Below are positions 39,608 to 48,932 of a stretch of DNA of 64,000 bases, in pieces (the stretch's first letter is position 1; the number at the start of each line of letters is the position of its first letter). Made by a program: the position numbers and the translations under genes. Under the pieces are notes generated by a model. That model worked only from the letters and a program-made list of their open reading frames with translations. It searched no databases and had not been told where the DNA came from. The DNA lies in NCBI GenBank assembly GCA_018812925.1, contig JAHJCU010000005.1, positions 70,957 to 134,956 of the forward strand, written 5' to 3'. The DNA comes from Candidatus Omnitrophota bacterium (GTDB lineage: Bacteria > CAIJMQ01).

Positions 39608-39693
39608 GCCGGGATGGCGGAATTGGTAGACGCCTGGGATTTAAAATCCCATGGACCTTAAAGTCCGTGCCGGTTCAAGTCCGGCTTCCGGCA
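39608..39693 (+). tRNA. tRNA-Leu(TAA)
   Basis: GCCGGGA/TTCCGGC acceptor, TGGGA-TTTAAAA-TCCCA, long variable arm. Confidence 0.95.
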
Positions 39694-39699
39694 CTGTAT

Positions 39700-39773
39700 G
39701 ATTTTGGATTTCAGAATTCGGATTGCGGATTACAAATTTTCTATTCCGAAATCTGAAATCATAAATCCGCAAT
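39700..39773. repeat. 7-nt-periodic IR in the tRNA spacer (GATTTCG / CGAAATC type)
   Basis: Read directly between the two tRNAs. Confidence 0.75.
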
Positions 39774-39779
39774 GGAATG

Positions 39780-39853
39780 GGGCGATTAGCTCAGTTGGTT
39801 AGAGTGCCACGTTGACATCGTGGAGGTCAGAGGTTCAAATCCTCTATCGCCCA
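39780..39853 (+). tRNA. tRNA-Val(GAC)
   Basis: GGGCGAT/ATCGCCC acceptor, CCACG-TTGACAT-CGTGG. Confidence 0.95.
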
Positions 39854-39919
39854 CTAACTAAAAAGGATAAAAGAATTAGCCAATACGATAGAAATAGTGA
39901 TATTGGCTGTTAGGTATTT

Positions 39920-41659
39920 ATGAAACAGAAGCCACAAGATTCCTCACTTGAAACATATAGGCATAGTACTTCTCATATTCTTGCCTATGCTGTAAAAGAA
40001 CTCTATCCTGGGGTAAAATTAGGCATAGGTCCTGCTATTGAAGATGGTTTTTATTACGATTTCGACCTTTCCCACAGGTTTGTTCCCGAAGACCTCGCCA
40101 ATATTGAAAAGAAAATGCAGGAGATTATAAATTGTGCTTATGAATTTGTAAGAGAAGAATATTCCAAAGAAGAAGCCATTGAAATCTTTAAAGCGAAAGG
40201 TGAGAAATATAAAGTAGAGCTTTTACAAGAAATAAAAGATAAGCAAGTTTTCTTCTTTACCTCAGGCGATTTTGTTGACCTATGCAGAGGACCGCACGTT
40301 GAATCAACAGGTAAGATTAAATCTTTCAAGTTACTTCGAATCTCGGGGGCTTACTGGAGAGGCAGCGAAAAAAATCCTATGCTTCAGAGGATATACGGCA
40401 CGGCATTTTACAAAGATAATGAATTAAAAGATTATTTGAATAAATTGGAGGAAGCTAAGAAGCGAGACCACAGAAAAATCGGCAAAGAATTAGACCTGTT
40501 TTCTATTCAAGAGGAATCTGGTTTAGGGCTGGTTTTGTGGCATCCCAAAGGCGCTGTTATAAGAAGAACTATAGAAGATTTCTGGTACAAAGAACACGAG
40601 AAACGCGGTTATGACATTGTATATACTCCGCATATTTTAAAGAGTAAATTATGGCAGAAGAGCGGACATACCGAATTTTACAAAGAGAATATGTTTCCCA
40701 CGTTGAAGTTTGAAGATAGCGAAGAAGAATATACGCTTAAACCGATGAATTGCCCTGGGCATATTCTCATATATAAATCTTCCAAAAGAAGCTATCGTGA
40801 GTTACCGATAAGGTATGCAGAACTTGGAACAGTTTACAGATACGAAAAAAGCGGCGTGTTGCACGGATTGTTGAGGGTGAGAGGTTTTACTCAGGATGAC
40901 GCCCATATTTTTTGCACGCTGGAACAGTTAAAAGATGAAATATCAGGCGTCGTTGATTTTGTTCAGTTTATGCTGAAAAGTTTTGGACTAGATTATTTCG
41001 CATTTCTTGCAACCCGTCCTGAAAAATTTTCAGGAAGCTCTCAAGATTGGGACAAAGCGGAGAATACTCTAAAAGAAGTTCTGGAAGAGAAAAAGATTGA
41101 TTATGAAGTGGATGAAGGCGCTGCGGTATTTTACGGTCCCAAGATAGATGTAAAGATAAAAGACGCTTTAGGGCATTTTGAACAAGGTCCTACTATTCAA
41201 TTTGATTTTAATCTACCGAAGAAGTTTGATGTCACTTATGTTGGAGAAGATGGACAGGAACATAATGTTGTGATGGTCCACAGAGTTGTTTTGGGTAGTA
41301 TGGAGCGTTTTTTTGGAACTTTGATTGAATACTACGGCGGGGCATTCCCTATATGGCTGTCACCTGTCCAGGTTAAAGTTCTTCCCATATCTGAAGATAT
41401 TCTGCCTTATGCTAAGGAAGTATATTCCCAGATTAAATCAGCCGGGATAAGAGTTGAAGTTGATTCAAAAAATGCGACCTTAGGTTATAAAATCAGGGAA
41501 GCTGAAAAGGAGAAAACCCCATACATAGTAGTGTTGGGTAAAAACGAAGAAAAGGAGAAAACGCTTTCCGTAAGGAAAAGAAAAGAAGGGGACAAGGGGA
41601 AAATCAATATAGAACAGTTTATTAATAATATTAAAAAAGAAATAGAAGATTATACATAA
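39920..41659 (+). CDS. thrS: Threonine--tRNA ligase (no N-terminal TGS domain)
   Basis: RHSTSH, DLCRGPH, KPMNCPGH, RVRGFTQDDAH, GSMERF. Confidence 0.98.
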   Translation: MKQKPQDSSLETYRHSTSHILAYAVKELYPGVKLGIGPAIEDGFYYDFDLSHRFVPEDLANIEKKMQEIINCAYEFVREEYSKEEAIEIFKAKGEKYKVELLQEIKDKQVFFFTSGDFVDLCRGPHVESTGKIKSFKLLRISGAYWRGSEKNPMLQRIYGTAFYKDNELKDYLNKLEEAKKRDHRKIGKELDLFSIQEESGLGLVLWHPKGAVIRRTIEDFWYKEHEKRGYDIVYTPHILKSKLWQKSGHTEFYKENMFPTLKFEDSEEEYTLKPMNCPGHILIYKSSKRSYRELPIRYAELGTVYRYEKSGVLHGLLRVRGFTQDDAHIFCTLEQLKDEISGVVDFVQFMLKSFGLDYFAFLATRPEKFSGSSQDWDKAENTLKEVLEEKKIDYEVDEGAAVFYGPKIDVKIKDALGHFEQGPTIQFDFNLPKKFDVTYVGEDGQEHNVVMVHRVVLGSMERFFGTLIEYYGGAFPIWLSPVQVKVLPISEDILPYAKEVYSQIKSAGIRVEVDSKNATLGYKIREAEKEKTPYIVVLGKNEEKEKTLSVRKRKEGDKGKINIEQFINNIKKEIEDYT

Positions 41660-41691
41660 CTAATAATGTTATATTAAAAAAGGAGTGAAAA

Positions 41692-43812
41692 ATGAGTGTA
41701 GTTGTAGAAACAAAAATCGGAGAAAAGAATCTTATTATTGAAACGGGGAAATTAGCCAAGCAGGCAGACGGCGCTGTAGTTGTCAGTTATGGCGACACTG
41801 TAGTTCTTACCACCGTTGTAGCGCGTGAACTGCAGGATATACCTCCATACTTTCCTTTATTTGTCGATTATAGAGAAATGACATATGCTTCGGGTAAAAT
41901 ACCCGGCGGGTTTTTCAAAAGAGAAGGCAGGCCTTCAGAAAAAGAAATCGTGACATCAAGAATGATAGACCGTCCCCTAAGACCTCTTTTTGCTGACGGT
42001 TATCTGGAAGAGATTCAGATCGTTTCTAATGCTCTTTCTGCGGACGGAGAAATTGACCCTGATATACTAGGAATTATTGGTGCTTCAGCGGCCCTGGCAA
42101 TTTCCGACATACCCTTTCCTGCTCCTGTAGGGGCGGTTAGGATAGGTAAAATCGGAGATAAATTTATTGTTAATCCTACCTATAAACAAGTGGATGAAGG
42201 TGGATTAGATTTAGTAGTTTGCGGTTGGGGTGATGGCGTGTCTATGGTGGAAGGCGATGCAAAAGAGATATCCGAAGAGGTTATTCTTGAAGCGTTGAAG
42301 TTGGGACAGGAAGTTTGCGGAGAAATTTCATCTCTTATCCAACAGTTGGTTAAAAAAGTAGGAGTTTCTAAAAAAGAAATTAAAGTTGTTTCTATTCCCG
42401 AAGAACTGGAAAAAGAAATAGAAGATTTTGCTTCAAAAAGAATTGATGAAACAAAAAAGATTGAAGTTAAGAAAAAAAGAGTAATGCAGGCGAAGCTGTT
42501 GAAAAAAGAATGCGTAGAAAAATTTGGCGAGACGTATTCCGAAAAAATTGTGGAAATGGCTTTGGGAAAATTAGAGCAGAAGAAATTCAGAGAGAAAATA
42601 ATTAATGAAGCTGTAAGGTCAGACGGCAGAAAGAGAGATGAAGTAAGACCCATAACATGTGAAGTTGGTATATTGCCAAGAACGCACGGCTCGGCTGTTT
42701 TTACCCGAGGCGAAACGCAGAGTTTGGTAACTGCAACGCTGGGGACTTCGGAAGATGAGAAAAGAATGGATGAACTAAGAGGTGAATCTAAGAAGACATT
42801 TATGCTTCATTATAATTTTCCGCCGTTTTCGGTTGGAGAAGTCAAACCCATGAGGGGTCCATCCAGAAGAGACATAGGTCATGGCAATTTAGCCGAAAGA
42901 GCTTTGAAACCTATGATGCCGGATTGGGAAGACTTTCCTTACACCATAAGATTGGTATCCGATATACTTGAGTCCAATGGCTCTTCTTCTATGGCTAGCG
43001 TATGCGGAGCGTCGCTTTCCTGTTTTGACGCGGGTATTCCTCTTAAAAAAGCGGTGGCAGGTGTGGCATTAGGCGTTATAAAAGAAGGTAAGAAATATGT
43101 TCTTCTTTCAGACATTGCAGGAGCCGAAGATAAATACGGCGATATGGACTTAAAAATAGCCGGAACCAATGAAGGAGTTACCGCTATTCAAATGGACGTT
43201 AAAATAAAAGGTATAGAATTCGATATTTTGAAAGAAGCATTTTTGCAGTCCAAGCAAGCCCGAAAACACATATTAGACATAATGAATAAGACAATTAGCT
43301 CTGCTCGTGAATCGGTTTCTGTCTATGCTCCGCTTATAACCATTATCGATATTAATCCTGAAAAAATCGGGGCTTTTATTGGTCCAGGTGGTAAGAATAT
43401 ACGCAAGATTATTGCGGAAACAGGAGCAAAAATAGATATTGATGATGAGAAAAATAAAGTGATTGTAGCCGGAGTAGATCAGGAAAGCACAAAGAAAGCT
43501 GTAGCATATGTTGAGGCATATACGCATGAAGTCAAGGCAGGAGAGATATATGACGCAACAGTGACTAAGGTTATGCAATTCGGTGCTTTTGTTGAAATTC
43601 TTCCCGGACAAGAAGGTCTTGTCCATGTTTCTGAATTGGATTCAAATTTTGTTAAAAACGTTGAAGATGCAGTCAAGGAAGGCGATAAATTCAAGGTGAA
43701 AGTTTTAAAAATAGATGAGAAAGGGAGAATAAATCTTTCTCGAAAAGCAATGCAGGGGAAGGAAACGAAGGACGAGAAAAACAAAAAACGAAAAAAGCGT
43801 CCATCGTCCTAG
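41692..43812 (+). CDS. pnp: Polyribonucleotide nucleotidyltransferase
   Basis: IPGGFFKREG, FTRGETQ, ESNGSSSMAS, KH and S1 domains; tail overlaps a heptamer repeat. Confidence 0.98.
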   Translation: MSVVVETKIGEKNLIIETGKLAKQADGAVVVSYGDTVVLTTVVARELQDIPPYFPLFVDYREMTYASGKIPGGFFKREGRPSEKEIVTSRMIDRPLRPLFADGYLEEIQIVSNALSADGEIDPDILGIIGASAALAISDIPFPAPVGAVRIGKIGDKFIVNPTYKQVDEGGLDLVVCGWGDGVSMVEGDAKEISEEVILEALKLGQEVCGEISSLIQQLVKKVGVSKKEIKVVSIPEELEKEIEDFASKRIDETKKIEVKKKRVMQAKLLKKECVEKFGETYSEKIVEMALGKLEQKKFREKIINEAVRSDGRKRDEVRPITCEVGILPRTHGSAVFTRGETQSLVTATLGTSEDEKRMDELRGESKKTFMLHYNFPPFSVGEVKPMRGPSRRDIGHGNLAERALKPMMPDWEDFPYTIRLVSDILESNGSSSMASVCGASLSCFDAGIPLKKAVAGVALGVIKEGKKYVLLSDIAGAEDKYGDMDLKIAGTNEGVTAIQMDVKIKGIEFDILKEAFLQSKQARKHILDIMNKTISSARESVSVYAPLITIIDINPEKIGAFIGPGGKNIRKIIAETGAKIDIDDEKNKVIVAGVDQESTKKAVAYVEAYTHEVKAGEIYDATVTKVMQFGAFVEILPGQEGLVHVSELDSNFVKNVEDAVKEGDKFKVKVLKIDEKGRINLSRKAMQGKETKDEKNKKRKKRPSS

Positions 43813-43851
43813 CGAAGCGGTCGTCTGTCGTGTGTCATTTCACTTTTTACT

Positions 43852-44289
43852 ATGATGGAACTGAAAATAGAGAGAACAGAAGAAGCTAAAAGGATTAATC
43901 TTCCTTTGCCGTTATATCAGCACGAAGGCGATGCCGGGTTTGATTTAAGGTCGGCAAAACAGTGTGTAATCCAAAAAGGGACAAGACAAACAATTCCCAC
44001 CGGTATAAAAATAGCAATTCCCTCGGGCTATTTTGGTCTTGTAAAAGACCGCAGCGGTTTAGCTTCCAAACACGGAATTCATACGCTTGCGGGAGTCATT
44101 GATTCCGGCTATCGGGGCGAAGTTGCGGTTGTTCTCCACAATTTCGCAGAAGAAGATTTTACTATTGATGTGGGAATGAGAATTGCTCAGCTTTTAATTG
44201 TCCCGGTTGTTTGTGTGAAAATAAAGGAAACTTCTCTTGACGAAACTTCCCGAGGTGCAGACGGCTGGGGAAGCACAGGACATAAATAA
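43852..44289 (+). CDS. dut: dUTP diphosphatase
   Basis: AGFDL, RSGLA, GVIDSGYRGE, RIAQL, RGADGWGSTG. Confidence 0.96.
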   Translation: MMELKIERTEEAKRINLPLPLYQHEGDAGFDLRSAKQCVIQKGTRQTIPTGIKIAIPSGYFGLVKDRSGLASKHGIHTLAGVIDSGYRGEVAVVLHNFAEEDFTIDVGMRIAQLLIVPVVCVKIKETSLDETSRGADGWGSTGHK

Positions 44290-44328
44290 AAGTTTAACAG
44301 TTATTCATGTTAAAATTGCGAATAGAAT

Positions 44329-45261
44329 ATGTTCCATAAGCAAATTGTAATAATTGACAATAAGGAAATTGCCGCCGGTTATTTTGTTATGGAACTTATA
44401 TCTTCCCAAATAGCCCAAAATTCATTCCCCGGACAATTCCTCCATATAAAATGTTCTTCCGATTCCCAACCCTTACTACGCAGGCCTTTAAGTATACACA
44501 GAGTAATAGACAAAAAAACAATAGAAATCTTATACAAAGTGGTAGGCAAGGGCACTCATTATCTTTCCGAAAGAAAAAAGGGGGGGGAAATAGATTGTTT
44601 GGGTCCCTTGGGAAACGGATTTGAACTACCGAAAACCGAAAACCCCCTTAGAAATTCTATGGAATTTCAAGGACCAAAGTCCCGGAAATCTTTCAGATTT
44701 CTCGGGGGGAAACCGAAAACCGAAATTTTACTTGTTGCTGGCGGAATAGGGATAGCGCCTTTATTTTTTCTTATAGAAAGGATAACGAAAACCGATAACC
44801 TCCTTAGAAATTCTATGGAATTTCAAGGACCAAAGTCCCGGAAATCTTTCAGATTTCTCGGGGGGAAACCGATAACTGTATTTATTGGAGCAAAGACAAA
44901 AGATGAAATTTTATGCGCTAACGAACTTAAAAGTTTGGGAGTAGAATTACACATCGCCACTGAAGACGGTAGTATGGGATACAAAGGATTAGTAAGCGAC
45001 CTCTTGAAAAATAATCTGTCATCTGTCATCTGTCATCTGTCATCTGTTGTTTACGCCTGCGGACCGAAAGCAATGTTGAAAGAAATCGCTCTTATATCTA
45101 AAAAACACCAAATTCCCTGTCAGGTATCTTTCGAACAATTTATGGGATGTGGGATAGGTATATGCAATGCTTGTGTTATTAAAACCAAACATGGATATAG
45201 GCGGGTTTGTAAAGACGGTCCCGTCTTTAAGTCGGAAGAAATTGATTGGAATAAAATATAA
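44329..45261 (+). CDS. pyrK: Dihydroorotate dehydrogenase electron transfer subunit, with three repeat-derived insertions
   Basis: PGQF, RRPLS, GPLGNGF, AGGIGIAP, CGP, CGIGICNAC..C; precedes pyrD. Confidence 0.95.
   Translation: MFHKQIVIIDNKEIAAGYFVMELISSQIAQNSFPGQFLHIKCSSDSQPLLRRPLSIHRVIDKKTIEILYKVVGKGTHYLSERKKGGEIDCLGPLGNGFELPKTENPLRNSMEFQGPKSRKSFRFLGGKPKTEILLVAGGIGIAPLFFLIERITKTDNLLRNSMEFQGPKSRKSFRFLGGKPITVFIGAKTKDEILCANELKSLGVELHIATEDGSMGYKGLVSDLLKNNLSSVICHLSSVVYACGPKAMLKEIALISKKHQIPCQVSFEQFMGCGIGICNACVIKTKHGYRRVCKDGPVFKSEEIDWNKI
44643..44709 (+). repeat. Family A module in frame in pyrK (copy 1)
   Basis: Encodes PLRNSMEFQGPKSRKSFRFLGG; flanked by ACCGAAA heptamers. Confidence 0.95.
44799..44865 (+). 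repeat. Family A module in frame in pyrK (copy 2, 156 nt downstream, 1 mismatch)
   Basis: Encodes LLRNSMEFQGPKSRKSFRFLGG; flanked by ACCGATA heptamers. Confidence 0.95.
45015..45047 (+). repeat. (TCTGTCA)x4 plus partial tandem repeat inside pyrK
   Basis: Four perfect heptamers encoding LSSVICHLSSV. Confidence 0.92.
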
Positions 45262-45323
45262 CGAGATTTCGGATTGCAGAGTGCGGATTGCGGAATGAAA
45301 AAAGTCCGAAAGAAAATATCAAA

Positions 45324-46244
45324 ATGAAAAATAAACAAAATCTTTCAGTTAAACTCGGGAATATAAAACTTCAAAATCCTGTTATCTTAGCTTCGGGAAC
45401 CTGTGGATTTGGTGAAGAGATATCGGAGTTTCTAGATTTAGGAAAAATCGGAGCGTTAATTACCAAGACAATCACGCTCAAACCTAAGGAAGGCAATCCT
45501 CCACCCAGAATTGCAGAAATCGAAGGCGGTATTATAAATTCAATCGGACTGGAAAATCCTGGAGTAGAAGTATTCATAAAAGAAAAACTGCCATTTTTGA
45601 AAAAAATAAAGATTCCATTTTTTGTAAGCATATCAGGCGAAACAGACGAAGAATTTGTAGAACTTGCAAGAATTTTAGACGGGCAAAAGCAAATAAGCGC
45701 AATAGAGCTTAATCTATCTTGCCCGAATTTGAAAAGAGGTAGGAATCTATTCGGGCAAGATCCAAAAATAACTTATAACATTATCAAAAAAGTTAAAAAA
45801 ATAACATCTATACCGATTATTGCCAAACTTACTCCGCAGGTAAAAAACATAACTGAAATAGCACTTGCCTGCCAAAAAGCGGACTGCGATATCATATCTT
45901 TAATAAACACAATTCCTGCAATGGTAATAGATTTAGCAACAGGAAAACCCTTCTTAGGCGGGATTACGGGTGGACTTTCAGGCCCCGCAATAAAACCTAT
46001 CGCATTAAAAATGGTTTATGATGTAGCAAAAACGGTAGATATTCCGATAATCGGATGCGGCGGAATAACAAGCGGCAAAGATGCGATTGAATTCATGCTC
46101 GCAGGCGCGTCAGCCGTATCTATCGGCACCGCAAGCTTAGTGTCTCCTGATTCTTCAATAGAAATAATAAAAGAAATAGAAGACTATCTCGTCCGGCACA
46201 AAATTGATTCTTTAAAAGAACTTGTGGGCAGCATTCACAAGTAA
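45324..46244 (+). CDS. pyrD: Dihydroorotate dehydrogenase B catalytic subunit
   Basis: LASGT, GNPPPRI, NSIGLENPG, ELNLSCPN, GGLSGPAIKP. Confidence 0.96.
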   Translation: MKNKQNLSVKLGNIKLQNPVILASGTCGFGEEISEFLDLGKIGALITKTITLKPKEGNPPPRIAEIEGGIINSIGLENPGVEVFIKEKLPFLKKIKIPFFVSISGETDEEFVELARILDGQKQISAIELNLSCPNLKRGRNLFGQDPKITYNIIKKVKKITSIPIIAKLTPQVKNITEIALACQKADCDIISLINTIPAMVIDLATGKPFLGGITGGLSGPAIKPIALKMVYDVAKTVDIPIIGCGGITSGKDAIEFMLAGASAVSIGTASLVSPDSSIEIIKEIEDYLVRHKIDSLKELVGSIHK

Positions 46245-46283
46245 GCCTCCCAAAATTTTCTCCGTTTCTTTCCCCCTAACCCC

Positions 46284-46326
46284 TTGACTAACAATATTTA
46301 GTAGTGTATTATTACATTAGTACACT
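46284..46326 (+). promoter_or_regulatory. Promoter with YtrA-type operator palindrome
   Basis: TTGACT-17 bp-TATTAT overlapped by AGTGTATT-N8-AGTACACT (46303-46326). Confidence 0.8.
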
Positions 46327-46342
46327 GATGGAGAGATAAGCA

Positions 46343-46738
46343 ATGTATATCAAAATAAATTCTGAAAGCGGAGTGCCTTTATATCTGCAGATTACCAAGC
46401 AAGTGAGATACCTCGTGGCATGCGGCGCTTTAAAATCAGGCGATAAATTGCCTACGGTTAGAGAGTTAGCTATTCAACTGCGAATAAATCCTAATACGGT
46501 TGCAAAAGCATACCGCGAGTTGCAGCACGAAAAAATAATCGACAGCAAATGGGGAGAAGGTAATTTTATCTCGGAAGAAGTAAAAAAGGTAACCGAATCT
46601 CAGAAGGGAAAAATCATCTCCGAAATTCTGGATAACGCAATCCGGCAAGCAGTGGATATCGGTCTTTCAAAAGAAGAACTAACCAAACTTTTTTCTCAAC
46701 AACTTAAAATAACAAAACCGAAAGGAGCGGAAAAATGA
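46343..46738 (+). CDS. GntR-family regulator, YtrA subfamily
   Basis: PLYLQI, LPTVRELA, INPNTVAKAYREL; short C-terminus; precedes ABC genes. Confidence 0.93.
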   Translation: MYIKINSESGVPLYLQITKQVRYLVACGALKSGDKLPTVRELAIQLRINPNTVAKAYRELQHEKIIDSKWGEGNFISEEVKKVTESQKGKIISEILDNAIRQAVDIGLSKEELTKLFSQQLKITKPKGAEK

Positions 46739-48915
46739 AAGCTCTAATCTGGAAAGAATGGCGGGAACAGCGGATTTTTCTACTTATGGCTGTAGGACTT
46801 CTTTTGTGTATTGCTATTATAAATATTGTATATCTTAATATTCCTTCTCAAGTTGCTACACAATCTTTACATGAAGAACTTTTGCGTAGATTAGACAATA
46901 TTAATTATTCTAATCTTTTTTTAGGCTGGGTAATTCTGCCAGCGCTTTTTGCTTTTATTTTAGGAGCAGTCTCCTTTGTAAAAGAATTTTCAAACAACAC
47001 GCAGGATTTTCTAATTCAAAAACCGATTACTACGGCAAAAATATTCTGGGTAAAATTCTTCTTTGGTATTTTTCTTCTTTTATTTATTATTCAACTATGC
47101 CATATAGTTCTATGTGTCCCTTATTCTTCTTTCAAGATGCAAATGTCACTTCCTGATTTTCAATATCCTACTCCCCTCATTATGTTTTATTTACTATCTC
47201 TTTTAATATACTCTTCTACATTCTTTTCTTCTCTGTTATTAAAAAAAGAATTACCTGCAATACTTTTATCGCCACTTATAATAGTGTTTGGGCTATTATG
47301 TTTATTACCCCTTTATCTAATTTCATTTATTATTCTACCTTCGGAACAATTGCAATTTCTATTCTCAGGAATAGGGGACGACATTACGTTTTATTATTTC
47401 CCGACTGCCATTTTGTTAACAAGTTTTGCGCTATTTGGCTCTCTGCTATGGCAGAAGGCAATTTCGAAAGGAATTAAAGCAACTAAGATATTTTTTACCG
47501 TTACAGGAATAATTTTCGGAATTTATTTTGTGACGTATACGATTTTAAATATTTCTGCGGGATTGGAATTATCCAAAACACTTAAGCAAGTAAAAGCACA
47601 GGGGATAAAAATGACACTGGAAGACATAATCCCGCCGCCTGTTCCTGATGAAGAAAACGCCGCTTTGGTTTATCAAAAAGCTTTTGATTTAGTGGAAGAA
47701 TTAAATAAGGAATATAAGGATAAATGGGAATACTTGCCTTGGGTTTATAATACTAGATATTCTTTTGATAGGGAAGGAATCTATTATTATAACAATGATG
47801 GTAAATTGGAAGAGTTAACTCCAGAACAAAAGAAAGCTTTTAGTCAATTGTTATTTGAAGATACCGATTCTATTAACATTTTTTCTTTAATAGAAAAATC
47901 TGTTGATTTTCCTGCCTGCCGTTTTGATATAAAGTATGAAGACGGCCCGGCAATGTTATTACCTCATATCCAGAAGATGCGGCAATTGTCAAGATTTGTA
48001 GCGTTTCGCACATATCTATTAACCGATGAAAAGAAATACCAAGAAGCTTTCAATTCGGCTTTTGTCGGGCTTAAATTAGGAGAATCCCTAAAAGATGAAC
48101 CTTTTCTTACACATCAACTTGTTAGAATAGCTTTGAATGGAATTGCTGCAGCATCCTTTCAGCCAATTATCAGCATCTCCCCCGAAGAGATTTCGATTAA
48201 AGATTATCAGAATTTAATTGCGGAAATAGACAAAAAAGAAAATAAATTAACAAAAGGATTGGAAGCAGAATTGGCATTTATAAATACCTTTATATTTAAA
48301 AAACTACTAACAGGTAATCTAGAAGAATTATATGAGGGGGGTATTTTTGGAGAACCGGGGTCAACAACATCAAAGTTGTTCTTAATATTCTATAGTTATC
48401 TTGGAAGGCCCCTGCTAAAGCAGGATTGTGCTTTCTATGTACATTATTTAATTGAATCAATGAGTTTATCTCGTCTACCTTATTACCAAACGAAAGATAG
48501 ACTTTTAGAATGGGATAAGAAATTTTGGAGAGATAGATGGCAATATAAATATTCAATCAGCGCAATGGTTATGCCTGCATTGAATCGCTGTCAACTTAAC
48601 CAAGCTCGGGATAATGCCCAGCTTGACGGGTTAAAAATTGCTCTAGCTTTAAAAATTTATAAGAAAAAGAATGGTTCTTATCCTAATAACCTTACGGCTA
48701 TTGTTCCAGATATTATTTCAGAATTACCACTTGACCCATTTACTGGTGAAAACTTTATCTACAGAAAAGAAGGGGAAGGTTTTATTGTATATAGTGTTGG
48801 AGAAAATGAGACGGATAATAACGGCGTATACGAGCCAAAATATCGGCTACAACGTCGGCTACCGTTCTTAAAGGGAGAAGAATATGATGATATTGTCTGG
48901 AAGTGCAAAGAATGA
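46735..48915 (+). CDS. ABC-2-type permease fused to a large extracytoplasmic domain
   Basis: MKALIWKEWRE start, several TMs, then soluble domain ending DPFTGE..YSVGENETDNNG. Confidence 0.7.
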   Translation: MKALIWKEWREQRIFLLMAVGLLLCIAIINIVYLNIPSQVATQSLHEELLRRLDNINYSNLFLGWVILPALFAFILGAVSFVKEFSNNTQDFLIQKPITTAKIFWVKFFFGIFLLLFIIQLCHIVLCVPYSSFKMQMSLPDFQYPTPLIMFYLLSLLIYSSTFFSSLLLKKELPAILLSPLIIVFGLLCLLPLYLISFIILPSEQLQFLFSGIGDDITFYYFPTAILLTSFALFGSLLWQKAISKGIKATKIFFTVTGIIFGIYFVTYTILNISAGLELSKTLKQVKAQGIKMTLEDIIPPPVPDEENAALVYQKAFDLVEELNKEYKDKWEYLPWVYNTRYSFDREGIYYYNNDGKLEELTPEQKKAFSQLLFEDTDSINIFSLIEKSVDFPACRFDIKYEDGPAMLLPHIQKMRQLSRFVAFRTYLLTDEKKYQEAFNSAFVGLKLGESLKDEPFLTHQLVRIALNGIAAASFQPIISISPEEISIKDYQNLIAEIDKKENKLTKGLEAELAFINTFIFKKLLTGNLEELYEGGIFGEPGSTTSKLFLIFYSYLGRPLLKQDCAFYVHYLIESMSLSRLPYYQTKDRLLEWDKKFWRDRWQYKYSISAMVMPALNRCQLNQARDNAQLDGLKIALALKIYKKKNGSYPNNLTAIVPDIISELPLDPFTGENFIYRKEGEGFIVYSVGENETDNNGVYEPKYRLQRRLPFLKGEEYDDIVWKCKE

Positions 48916-48932
48916 TTGCCAGGAGGTGAAAA

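Noticed and set aside
44580..44587. G8 tract in pyrK as a phase-variation site
   Set aside because: Short, encodes KGG in a normal position; no supporting evidence.
44643..44865. Two near-identical palindromic repeats with a spacer, resembling a mini CRISPR array
   Set aside because: Repeats are 67 nt, the spacer is conserved PyrK coding sequence (AGGIGIAP), and no cas genes are present.
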